Shown here piece by piece: positions 49,470 through 61,679 of a stretch of DNA of 64,000 nt. How positions within the stretch are numbered: the first letter of the stretch is position 1; each line of letters starts with the position of its first letter. The DNA comes from Macrostomum lignano (lineage: Eukaryota), in the NCBI GenBank assembly GCA_002269645.1, contig NIVC01001550.1, positions 62,001 through 126,000 of the forward strand, written 5' to 3'. Below the pieces are notes generated by a model, which saw nothing but the letters and a program-made list of their open reading frames with translations, made no database searches and had not been told where the DNA came from. The translations under genes and the position numbers were made by a program.

Positions 49470-50820
49470 CACTAGCACCTGGCTACACACTGGAGCACTG
49501 GCACCTAGATACACACACTGAGCATTGGTACCTAGATACACACACTGGTCACTGGCACCTGGATATACACACGGATCACTGGCACCTGGATACACACACG
49601 GATCACTGGCACCTGGATACACACACGGATCACTGGCACCTGGATACACACACGGATCACTGGCACCTGGATACACACACGGATCACTGGCACCTGGATA
49701 CACACACGGATCACTGGCACCTGGATACACACACTGGTCACTGGCACCTGGATACACACACGGATCACTGGCACCTGGATACACACACGGATCACTGGCA
49801 CCTGGATACACACACGGATCACTGGCACCTGGATATACACACGGATCACTGGCACCTGGATATACACACGGATCACTGGCACCTGGATACACACACGGAT
49901 CACTGGCACCTGGATACACACACGGATCACTGGCACCTGGATACACACACGGATCACTGGCACCTGGATACACACACTGGTCACTGGCACCTGGATACAC
50001 ACACGGATCACTGGCACCTGGATACACACACGGATCACTGGCACCTGGATACACACACGGATCACTGGCACCTGGATATACACACGGATCACTGGCACCT
50101 GGATATACACACGGATCACTGGCACCTGGATACACACACGGATCACTGGCACCTGGATACACACACGGATCACTGGCACCTGGATACACACACGGATCAC
50201 TGGCACCTGGATACACACACGGATCACTGGCACCTGGATATACACACGGATCACTGGCACCTGGATATACACACGGATCACTGGCACCTGGATACACACA
50301 CGGATCACTGGCACCTGGATACACACACGGATCACTGGCACCTGGATACACACACGGATCACTGGCACCTGGATATACACACGGATCACTGGCACCTGGA
50401 TATACACACGGATCACTGGCACCTGGATACACACACGGATCACTGGCACCTGGATACACACACGGATCACTGGCACCTGGATACACACACGGATCACTGG
50501 CACCTGGATACACACACGGATCACTGGCACCTGGATATACACACGGATCACTGGCACCTGGATATACACACGGATCACTGGCACCTGGATACACACACGG
50601 ATCACTGGCACCTGGATACACACACGGATCACTGGCACCTGGATACACACACGGATCACTGGCACCTGGATACACACACGGATCACTGGCACCTGGATAC
50701 ACACACGGATCACTGGCACCTGGATACACACACGGATCACTGGCACCTGGATACACACTTTAAGCATTGGTACCTGAATACACACACTAAGCACTGGCAC
50801 CTGGATGGATACACACACTG
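49470..50820 (+). repeat. Highly homogeneous 24 bp minisatellite, probably in LETM1 intron 1
   Basis: GGATACACACACGGATCACTGGCACCT-type 24-nt period, more than 50 copies. Confidence 0.98.
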
Positions 50821-50899
50821 AGTACCGACCCCTCTAGTTCGTTATTAATATTAATCGCGAGTTTATTAAGAGTTGGCATATTCATCCTGCCCCACCGAA

Positions 50900-53800
50900 A
50901 GCCGGCAGGCTGCCTGCATCAGCCAGGCGGCGTCATCAGAGCGCTGGCAATGGCACCAGCAGCAGCGGCTCCGGCATCAGCAACCATTGCTGTTGAATCG
51001 CGCGCAGCATCCAATACAGTCGCAGCTGGCATCTGTACTGCTGATCCGCGGCCTGCACTCGAGCTGCTGTCATCGCACTGGCGATGAGATCAAAAACAAG
51101 CCGCCGCCGCCGCCGCCGGCTTCGCCGCCAGCAAAGACGCAGTCGCAGCCGCCGACGGCTCGGCCGTCACTGCCTGCCCGAATCTGGCACGAGATTCTGC
51201 ACTATTGGAACGGCTTCCGCCTGCTAGCCTTGGAGACTCGGATCGCCCTGCGAATCAGCTTGAAGTACATGCGCGGCGCCACCATCTCTAGGCGGGAGCG
51301 GCGCCACCTGGTTCGCACAGTGGCCGACTTGTTCAGAATGGTGCCCTTCTTGTTCTTCATTGTAATCCCGTTCATGGAGTTCCTGCTGCCATTCTATATT
51401 AAATTCATGCCATTCATGCTGCCGAGCACGTTCAAGGAGAAGGACAAGGAGGCTGAGAAGTTGCGCATTAAGCTCAAGGCCAAGCTGGAGACGGCCAAGT
51501 TTCTGCAGGAGACTCTTTATGAAGGCTTTCAAGCGAAGACTACGGTAAAGCGAGCAGGGCTTGCCACTCTTATAGATTGTCCGCAACCCCATCGTCACTC
51601 ATACTCTTGGTCACAGCCCCCAATCACAGTCACCTGTCACAACCCCCAGTCAGTCCCACAATCACAGTCCCCAGTCACAGGCCCCTATCACAGTCCCCAG
51701 TCACAGGCCCCTATCACAGTCCCCAATCACAGCCCCCAATCACAGTCACCTATCACAGTCCCCAGTCGCAGTCTTCAGTCCCAGTTTACAGTCAACAGTC
51801 ACACCTTCCGTCACAGTCCTTAGTTCCAGTAATAGTCCCAGTAATGATTCTCAGTGACCGTCCATCACAGCCCCAGTCACAGTCCTAGTCCTCAGTCACT
51901 GTCTGTCACAGTCCTAGTCCTCAGTCACAACCAGTACAACCCCAACTGTCGCCCAACCAGGACAAGTCCAATCGCGAAGCCCTGGCCGATTTTCGCCGCT
52001 TCATGCAAAAGTGCACAACGGCGAGTCGCTATGCAACTACAGACGAGCTGCTGCGCTTCTCCGCCCTATTTGCCGACGAGTTGACGCTCGACAATCTCGA
52101 ACGGCCACAGCTGATGGCCATCTGCAAACTGTTGGACATGGCCGCCGTCGGGTCCAAAGCCATGATCCTGCTCCAGCTGGAGCTGCGGCTCCGTCAGCTG
52201 CACACTGACGATTTGATGATTCGCGACGAGGGCGTCGACCGGCTGAACGTGACGGAGTTGCAGGCCGCCTGTCGGGCCCGCGGCATGCCGGCTCTGGGCG
52301 TGTCCGAGGATCGGCTGAGGGAGCAGCTGAGCCAGTGGCTTGATCTGCACCTGGTGCACAGCGTGCCGGTCTCCCTGCTGCTGCTGTCCAGGCTGCTGCA
52401 CTTCCCCGACAGTGTCGATGCAGAGGAGAGGCTGCGCAAGGTGATTGGCAGCCTGCCAGAGCAGGCGATTCGCTCCGCCGAGGCGTCCAGCTCCGAGGCC
52501 GACAGCCGCACCCGATTGGAGGCTTTGAAGAGCCGTGACCGGGCAATCCGCTCCGAGGAGGCCGAGATTAAGAAGACGCAGAAGCAGAAGAAAAAGCATC
52601 AACAGGAAGAGGTGGCGGATGTGCTCACGACTGCTGACTCTGCCGAGAGGCTGCGCGATCCGGCCGAGGCGGCTGGAGCGACCACTGGCCGGTCAGCGAC
52701 AGCCGCCGGCGACGCCGCGTCTGACGGAGCCGACATTGACGTCGGCGCCGCGGATCTACAAGCGCTAGAGTCGGCCATCGACGAGGTGTCGGCAAAAGCG
52801 CTGGACGAGGAGGAGATTCGCGAACTGAAAGAGGAGCTGAGCGAGTACTTCAGCGGCCTGGCCGACGCCCCCATCGTCGGCGATGTCAGAAGGGAGCGAA
52901 GCAAGGAAGAGAAACGGGTGGGTGATGCTTTTGGGCTCTGGAGTGACCTTTTGTGCTCTGCGTTGACCCGGAGTGACCTTTTAGGCTCTGGATTGACCCA
53001 GAGTGACCTTTTAGGCTCTGGATTGACCCGGAGTGGCCTTTTAGGCTCTGGATTGACCCGGAGTGGCCTTTTAGGCTCTGGATTGACCCGGAGTGGCCTT
53101 TTAGGCTCTGGATTGACCCGGAGTGATCTTTTAGGCTCTAGATTGACCGGGGGTGATCTTTTAGGCTCTGGATTGACCGGGGTGATCTTTTAGGCTCTGG
53201 ATTGACCGGGGTGATCTTTTAGGCTCTGGATTGACCGGGGTGATCTTTTAGGCTCTGGATTGACCGGGTGATCTTTTAGGCTCTGGATTGACCGGGGTGA
53301 TCTTTTAGGCTCTGGATTGAGCCGAATGACCTTTTGTGCTCTGGAGTGACCTGGAATGACCTTTTCGGCTCTAAATTGACCTGAAATGACCTTTCTATGC
53401 TCTGGATTGACTCGAAGTGACCTTTTAGGCTCTGGATTCACCCAGAGTGACCTTTTGCGCTCTATATTGACCCAGAGTGACCTTTTAGGCATTAGATTGA
53501 CCCGAGGTGACCTTTTGGGCTCTGTATTAACCAGAGTGACCTTTTAGGCTCTTGATTGACCCAGAGTGACCTTGATTGAGCCAGAGTGACCTTCTAGGCT
53601 ATTTATTGACTTGGAGTGACATTTTGGGCGCTGGATTGACCCGAAGTGCCCTTTTCGGCTCTTAGTTGACCCAGAGTGACCTTTTGGGCTCTATATTGAC
53701 CCAGAGTGACCTTTTAGGCATTAGATTGACCCGAGGTGACCTTTTGGGCTCTGTATTAACCAGAGTGACCTTTTAGGCTCTTGATTGACCCAGAGTGACC

Positions 53801-55412
53801 TTGATTGAGCCAGAGTGACCTTCTAGGCTATTTATTGACTTGGAGTGACATTTTGGGCGCTGGATTGACCCGAAGTGCCCTTTTCGGCTCTTAGTTGACC
53901 CAGAGTGACCTTTTACGCACTCATGCAAACGCTCACTCAGGGTCAGGCGTGTATACACTGTACATTGGGGGTTGGCCCTCATGCGTGTGAATTTAGTGTA
54001 GCTTCTGCTTTGCTCGATCCAAAGTTGTGCCTTTAATCTCTGCTGCACCGCACAGGCCGCTAAGCTGCTGTCAGCCAAGGTGGACAGGCTTCTGCATGAG
54101 ATGGACGGCATGTTTGACAAGGTCTACTCAGAGAAGGAGGCCCTTGAGCGGCGGCTGCACAAGGCCGAGCGAGACCAGGCGGAGCTCAGCAACGACGCCG
54201 CCGAATCCTCGGTCGACGTCGCCACGGACATGGAGCGGCAGCTAGCGAAGCAGATCGCCAAGCACCGCGAGCAGGTGCTGTCAATGAACGACATTTTATT
54301 AGCCCTGCGCCGGCTGCAGAAAATGCCTGACGACGACAAATGGGAGCGAATACTGCAGGTGCTCGACGAGGACAAGGATGGCAAAATCGAGGTGCAACAC
54401 GTTGTCAAGGTGAGGCCCGAAGCTCTGACTGAAGGTCGAGTTACTTTAACTAAAAAATTCAGTTCGAGGTACAAGTTTGAAACCAAAGTGCCAGTTTGAA
54501 ACCAAAGTGCCATTTTGAAACCAAAGTGCCAGTTTGAAACCAAAGTGCCATTTTGAAACCAAAGTGCCATTTTGAAACCAAAATGCCAGTTTGAAACCAA
54601 AGTGCCAGTTTGAAACCAAAGTGCCAGTTTGAAACCAAATTTCCAGTTTGAAACCAAAGTGCGAGTTTGAAACCAAAGTGCCATTTTGAAACCAAAGTGC
54701 CAGTTTGAAACCAAAGTGCCAGTTTGAAACCAAATTGCCAGTTTGAAACCAAATTGCCAGTTTGAAACCAAAGTGCCAGTTTGAAACCAAAGTGCCAGTT
54801 TGGTCAAGTGCCATTTTAAAACCAAAGTGCCAGTTTGAAACCAAATTTCCAGTTTAAAACCGAAGTGCCAGTTTGAAACCAAAGTGCCAGTTTGAAACCA
54901 AAGTGCCAGTTTGAAACCAAATTTCCAGTTTGAAACCAAATTGCCAGTTTGAAACCAAAGTGCCAGTTTGAAACCAAAGTGCCAGTTTGGTCAAGTGCCA
55001 TTTTAAAACCAAAGTGCCAGTTTGAAACCAAAATGCCAGTTTAAAACCAAAGTGCCAGTTTGAAACCAAAGTGCCAGTTTGAAACCAAAGTGCCAGTTTG
55101 AAACCAAAGTGCCAGTTTAAAACCAAAGTGCCAGTTTGAAACCAAAGTGCCAGTTTGATACCAAAGTGCCAGTTTGAAACCAAAGTGCCATTTTGAAACC
55201 AAAGTGCTGGACCCAACAGGGTCAAACTGTTTCCCTATGCTCCAGCTTGTACTTTCTCATTCCAACAGGTGATCGAACTGCTGGGCTCTGAGAATCTTCG
55301 ATTGAGCTCGCGAGACCTCACGAAACTGCTGGAAACCCTGGACAAGGAGAAGCTGCTGTCCCTCAAGGGCAAGGATAAGGACAAGGACCCCGGTCGGAAG
55401 CTGTTGGATTAG
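50900..55412 (+). CDS. LETM1: LETM1 mitochondrial inner-membrane EF-hand protein (5' exon not located)
   Basis: Exons about 50900-51544, 51961-52917, 54056-54409, 55269-55412. HYWNGFRLL...RRERRHLVRTVADLFRMVPF...LPSTF, TM segment with prolines, LETM1 RBD (LDNLERPQL...ELQAACRARGM), EF-hand DEDKDGKIE. Confidence 0.93.
51590..51940 (+). repeat. Degenerate CACAGTCCC-type array in a LETM1 intron
   Basis: Recurrent CACAGTCC/CAGTCAC motifs. Confidence 0.8.
52940..53915 (+). repeat. 30 bp minisatellite in a LETM1 intron
   Basis: GAGTGACCTTTTAGGCTCTGGATTGACCCG. Confidence 0.95.
54475..55205 (+). repeat. 19 bp minisatellite in the last LETM1 intron
   Basis: TTTGAAACCAAAGTGCCAG. Confidence 0.96.
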
Positions 55413-55899
55413 ATGGCTCAGTTCTGCTGTAGCAATTTAACCTAATTAATGCCTATTTATAAACCTTCATTTACTTTTCTAAGCCTGGTTTCTTTTTGAA
55501 TGGCGAATTTATCCGATCGGTAGGTCTGCCTGTTCCTGATATCATGATTTTTTAATTAGTATTTTCTATCAACTATCTTGAATTGAAATTGAATGATTTC
55601 ACTGAAACATCTTGTAGGAGCACTGCCTCCTATACCTACTACATACCTGTTGATGAAGGCTGCCTAGTTTAGTCTAGAGAATCTCTTCTCATCCTCTACT
55701 TCTTGTTACTAATAGTAGTAAGATATAGTTCGACTTATACTTTAATGTAGACATTGATTTTTAGTCGATTTGCCCACCTCACCATCGTGGTATTTTATGT
55801 TGACTTTTTTAAAAGCTTTCTTTTACGTGCAGTGTAGGGGGGTTGCTGTGTCCAAAATTTAAATTTATTGTTGAACAGTAGTTTATTGGGATATTCTCT

Positions 55900-56695
55900 T
55901 CTCTCGTATTCGGGTCCTGTCCATAGTTGGTATGTACTATTCGTATTCGGGTCCTGTCCATAGTTGGTATCTACTATTAGTATTCGGGTCCTGTCCATAG
56001 TTGGTATCTACTATTAGTATTCGGGTCCTGTCCATAGTTGGTATCTACTATTAGTATTCGGGTCCTGTCCATAGTTGGTATGTACTATTAGTATTCGGGT
56101 CCTGTCCATAGTTGGTATGTACTATTCGTATTCGGGTCCTGTCCATAGTTGATATGTACCATTCGTATTCGGGTCCTGTCCATAGTTGATATGTACCATT
56201 CGTATTCGGGTCCTGTCCATAGTTGGTATGTACTATTCGTATTCGGGTCCTGTCCATAGTTGATATGTACCATTCGTATTCGGGTCCTGTCCATAGTTGG
56301 TATCTACTATTAGTATTCGGGTCCTGTCCATAGTTGGTATGTACTATTCGTATTCGGGTCCTGTCCATAGTTGGTATGTACTATTCGTATTCGGGTCCTG
56401 TCCATAGTTGGTATGTACTATTCGTATTCGGGTCCTGTCCATAGTTGATATGTACTATTCGTATTCGGGTCCGAGGTCCTGTCCATAGTTGATATGTACT
56501 ATTAGTATTCGGGTCCTGTCCATAGTTGGTATGTACTATTAGTATTCGGGTCCTGTCCATAGTTGGTATGTACCATTCGTCTTCGGGTCCTGTCCATAGT
56601 TGGTATGTACTATTCGTATTCGGGTCCTGTCCATAGTTGGTATGTACCATTCGTATTCGGGTCCTGTCCATAGTTGGTATGTACCATTCGTATTT
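55900..56695 (+). repeat. 37 bp minisatellite between the convergent LETM1 and DEG/ENaC genes
   Basis: TATTCGGGTCCTGTCCATAGTTGGTATGTACTATTCG. Confidence 0.96.
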
Positions 56696-57643
56696 GAACA
56701 TTAAATTAATACTTTAAAGCTTAATTATGCGACCGTTTCTTACCTAGCTTTTGCTAGCTAATTTTTTTAACAAACATCTCTTTGTAATTGTTAACCTGTT
56801 CGTCCTATGCGAAATGGTCTCAGGGTTTAGGTTATAAAAAATCAATTTTAGGTTCATCGGACGATTGAACTGCTAAAAAATGAAACTGGCTCTTTCGAAT
56901 CTAGTATCCTTTTGACTGGCAGGTCTTACAGTATCTCAAGAGGTGAGCATTCGTTTTGAGTCCCTGTCTCTTGGGCATATCTAGAGAGTTAAAACTTCCT
57001 TTTCCAGCTACCTTGTACCTGCAGACTCGATATTGTCTAACCTGTGCTGTATGGCCAGCATATCTGCGGGTCTCAAGCTGAACTGAGATCTGTCGTTAAT
57101 GCTTTTTTAGCTCCGTTTGACTTCCTTTCTAAGAGTTGAATAAAATTGTACATGTATCGCGTACACACAGAACCTATCGTAGCCGACAATTATTACTGTA
57201 AGTAGTACTCTTCAATTTGTGCTCGTAATTGGCCACTATAATTTCTGAATTGTTTTCCAAATACACAAATGCGAGACTGATTGATGGTTGAATTTGTGTT
57301 ATCGAATGTCCGAACAAGGGGAGAGGGCGTGCTTTAAAATTTTCAAATAAAAGTAGAGGTTTGCAAAAGTAAAACAAACGCAGTAAAACAATCGTCTTTT
57401 GTTATTATTTAATTTTTGAACTTAGGTTTTTTGTTAGATTATTTCCAAGTAATTTCGTTAAGAAAACGCTTCGCACCCAGTGCTGATAAAGAAGTGCTTT
57501 GTAATAAGGTTTAATTTACGTGTAAGATTTTTGTGTGCAATATATAATGTGCTCCTGCCAAACCCGTGTTCAGTAGTATGTTTAATGTTTGCTGTCAATT
57601 GTCATCTTGTCATCTCTTGTCATCTTGTCAGCAGCAGACAGGC

Positions 57644-60010
57644 CTACAGCTCCACTTTTGGCTCGGGCATCTGCTGATCCGTCTCCAACTCCGAATGGTT
57701 GTATCCGGGCGGTTTCTCCTCCTGTTGCTGCTCATGCGGCTTAATCACAATTACCTGGTTCCGCTTGCGGTCGGCTAGCTTCTTGTGCACCAGCAGCGCG
57801 CCGTACATTGCCAGTTCCAGGATCTCAACTAGCGTCACGATTGATGCACCGATCCATAGGCCTGAGAGAATTGATTGCTAATTGTTTTATATTCAATTTG
57901 TGGAATTGGCGCTCAGTGGCTTCTGTCTAGCTGTAATTATAACCTCCAAATAGTAACAATATCAATCTTGAAAGGTGCGCAACAAAAAGTTTTCTCCAGT
58001 ATTCTTAAACTTTAAACTACTTGAAGGTATTTTATAATGAAGGAGAAAGGCGTTTTGGTGTTTTTTCATTACCTAAAATTCCACCCAAATCCGAAAAGAA
58101 ATTTCTCAGCGGATAGGCCCAACTCTCGATGCTCATTTGCACGATCAGGTCCCTTGGGTACAGATCTAGAACTCCGGCGTAATATTTGACGCGACTTTCG
58201 TAGTTGCTGACCAGATCTTTGAGTCCCCGCACGTCCAAGCCCCTCGCCTTGGCCTCGTTCAGCGCTTCCGTGGCCAGATTGGACACCGCCTTGCCAGAAT
58301 ATTTCACGCTGTTCGGCCAATGGTAGTAGCGAGGCATCACTTCGTGCGATTTGACCCGGCACAGCACCGGGCAGCCGTGGGTGTCCACTCCCTCTCTGTT
58401 CTGCCTGTCCAGCACTCGCTGATAGCAGTCCAGGCGGGCGATGGTGCCGTTGTACATGTCGTAGTTGGTGGCGACATAATCCATCAGAGGGTATTTGTAC
58501 CAGCTGTCGTTGCGGATAGTGTAGTAGGTGTAGCTCGACGTTGGCCTTCTGTAAAAGATGTCCCGAAACAAGACGTGCTCGTTGATGTCGTGACAGACGC
58601 CTGGCTGCGCCATGTAGTACAGATCGGCCGGCTTGGGCAGGTGAGTGGCCAGGCAGCCGCAGGTGTCCAAGTACTCTTGCTGCATGATGCGCACGCGGCA
58701 GTCTTCGGTGCTGCCACGGAAGGTTTCATTCTCTGGCCCAGTCAGCTGGCTGTAGTCGGTGATGTAGGTTGCGTTGGGCAGGCTCTCCAGGCATCGATAG
58801 CTGCTCCGGTCGACTTTTTCCTGTATGGAAGTGTCAATCACCGCCTCGGTTTTGTACTTGAGCGGCGACATCACGTGCGGTCCGTTCATGTTTGGCTTCA
58901 CGCCTGTTGTAAATTTGGGGTGAGGTGGTTAGATTATCCGGTTGGTTTTGTGTAGAGAAACCGGCTTGCAAACCAGCATGCCTTACGCACCTCTTGGATG
59001 CAGCACCACCTTCATTCCTGGTATATCGTCGATCTCCTCTTCGTCAGTAAAGAATGACGAACTGTATGTGTACATGAGCAGATAAAGTCCGTTGCCGGGC
59101 CCGGCCCTGACCACCGTATTGTTAAGCGGCGCGAACGTCATGCACTTAAACAGCTCGTCGTCCTTGTAGATGGTGAAATTCAAATAACTGCAGGGAATCG
59201 AGTTGAATCGGCAGAGCAGGACAATCTCGTACGGGTCGGGTAGTTGTTTTGACCTTAAATTTTTAATAAAACAGCGATCTAAAGACTAAGTAAGTGATTA
59301 CGCATTAATGGGCACCATGTAAAGGTGTTTCTTTACAATGTAAGTGCAGTTTTAACGGTCTTCAACGGTAATCTTAATTCATTTTGACATCCGGTTTCTA
59401 AGACGTACAAAAATTATTGTCCAACTGTCACTAGATTTTGGTGAGCCAGCGACCATGCATCCACGCATAGCGGCCTGACTCTGGCTCACCTGTATGCGAT
59501 TTTGTTTAGAGCCAGTTTACCGTGCCGATAGCTGCTGTATGGATTCACCGGCACGCTAGCGTTCATGTCCGTTTGGTTGAGCAGGTGAAAGAACCGGGAC
59601 ACGTCGTAGATCATGTCCACCAGACCGCGCGCTCGACCAGGCACTGCCACGGGGCTTGGCACCGGGTCATAGCCGTAGGTGACGCTCAGATAGTTCGTCG
59701 AACAGATGGTCACGTCGGGAAATTCGAAGAAGTCCGTGCGAGCCTCCAACTCTGTGCTAACCGGATAGGAGGTGTACTGCTGCACCAGCATGCTGAGATG
59801 CAGAATGAAGCCTACGCACACTCCGACGACCACCAGGGCCCAGAGGACGCGCTGGACTCCGGAGCCCTGGCTCAGTCGGAAGATGCCGTGGCTGCTGGCC
59901 AGCTGCTGCTGCTGCTTCGTCGGCTGCTGATCCTCGATGCTGTCCTCGTTCCCGAAAGCCGCTTGCGCTGTGCGAACATCAGGCCTCGAGTTTATCGCCG
60001 AGCGTAGCAT
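57644..60010 (-). CDS. DEG/ENaC/ASIC-family ion channel subunit, 610 aa
   Basis: Exons 60010-59490, 59253-58991, 58903-58073, 57861-57644, total 1833 nt with matching phases. N-terminal SSHG, TM1, FPDVTIC, GPGNGL, Cys-rich thumb, TM2 SDLGGILGLWIGAS, C-terminal PPGY. The first in-frame ATG was taken as the start. Confidence 0.92.
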
Positions 60011-61178
60011 AGTTACGCAATTCAGAGACTGTTGCGCACTTAGCCTGTGATGGGTTAACCCGCTGGAATCCAATGGGGCAATCTGGGACCATTTGATCTC
60101 GGCCTACCAGCTAAATACTTTCTCAAATGTTTGCCGGTGTTGCCAAGACGACCAGCTCCAATCTAAACGATAGCTGAATGCAACAACAACTTGTCAATCA
60201 AAAAGCTGTTCGCAAAGAAATTTGAAGTTTCGTTTGACACCTGATCTCTATGAATTACGATTTTAGAGGTTTTATATCCAACCGAAGAGCCAAACTTTAT
60301 GAATCAGTTTCAGTGGCTGTTCTTTAGCTCTGCTTTGAACAGAATCTATTCACCACAGGTTCTTTGAACTGTCGCTGGCATTCGATCTTTAGTCAAAGTT
60401 TGCCACCTCTTTGAAATCAAAGACTGATCTATCTGACTTTGTGCTAGCAGTTCTTTTATTATACAAAGGACTTCATGGCGCATCTCAAGACAATAATGCT
60501 CTGATTATTGAATCAGCTTGATGAAAATCAAAAAAATAGATTTTTTTTTAATTTTACGACTGGAGGGGTGTTTCAAAAGTACTGAGAATTTCTTCATAAC
60601 TCTTGAATTGAACTTTTTAACTTGAAATGGGAAAAGTTGCCAATTCTTAACAAAATTGCTTATAAGTTTTATGACAATAGAAATATGTCAATATAATCTG
60701 CGATTAAAGACTATGGAAGGACCGAAAAACCGTAACAATTTTTAATCTGGACTGTCATGTAAAGATATCACAGCAATACATGCGGCTGATTGAAGTTGAA
60801 ACTGAAGCTATAGTTGATAAGTTCACCTATTCAGCTAGAGGTTGTGCCAAAATTGTCGTAACTTCAATCAACCCTCGTAGTTTGATAGGCGTGTAGAAGA
60901 AATCTTATAATCGAAATAGAATTTAAATGATGTAGCTGTTATAAGTCTGAATCACTTTCTGCAGAACTACAGACTTATTTATTTATTTATGTATTTATTT
61001 CAAAAAATAGACATGACTCTTACTGTGTAACAGAATCCATATGATTCCGACAGGGTTTTGTTTAAATAATCGCAGGGTGTATATAAATAAAACAAAGCAC
61101 TCGCCGCCACCACCACAAGCATTGGATAATTATTTGCTTTCCCTATTATATGGTTTCGATCCCATGACCATCATGCAG

Positions 61179-61653
61179 TCAGCCCTTGTGCAGGGTGCAC
61201 AGCTTCGGCATCGGGCAGGGCGGACTGCTGCACTCCGACTTGCTGATGCAGTTGCCGCACCGGTGCGTGCGCACGTAGCTTTTGCGCGTCTCCTTGACCT
61301 TGCCGTCTGGCAGCTTCTGCCGCGTGATCTTCGGCTGCATGCACGAATTGCAGGCGTAGCACTTTCTGGTGCACACGGTGCTTCCGCCGGATGTTGTACA
61401 GTTGGGCTTCAGCTCGCAGCTGGACTGGTTGTAGCACTTCCACCTGAGGGGTTGTGGAATACGGCGCTTTGTTTAAACTCCGGACTGAATGATTGATTGT
61501 ACCGGCATTGGAATTTGCAAATTTCTATGGACTTCACTCACGGCATGAGGACGATCTGCATTCCCTTGCTCGGCAGATTCAACACTTTTTTCTTGCGGAC
61601 AGGTGTCATGATGTTCTTCTTCTTCTGCTCTTGCGGCTGGTCCACGCGGTCAG
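61179..61653 (-). CDS. Unknown Lys/Cys-rich small protein, last two exons
   Basis: Exons 61653-61542 and 61443-61179 have good splice sites (ttcag|, |gtgagt, ctcag|) and a matching phase 2 junction. The last exon encodes 12 Cys. The upstream exon is not located (behind the array or outside the window). Confidence 0.65.
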
Positions 61654-61679
61654 CTGAAATATCAGCCAGGGCATGAGCT

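Noticed and set aside
49437-50818. Three ORFs of 412-439 aa (YPGASDPCV, VCIQVPVIR, APGYTHGSL repeats)
   Set aside because: A stop-free 24-bp unit opens several frames on both strands. There is no unique domain and no splice context.
50950-51087. ATG at 50950 as the LETM1 start
   Set aside because: It is out of frame and stops after 45 codons. It could only be used with a frameshift, for which there is no evidence.
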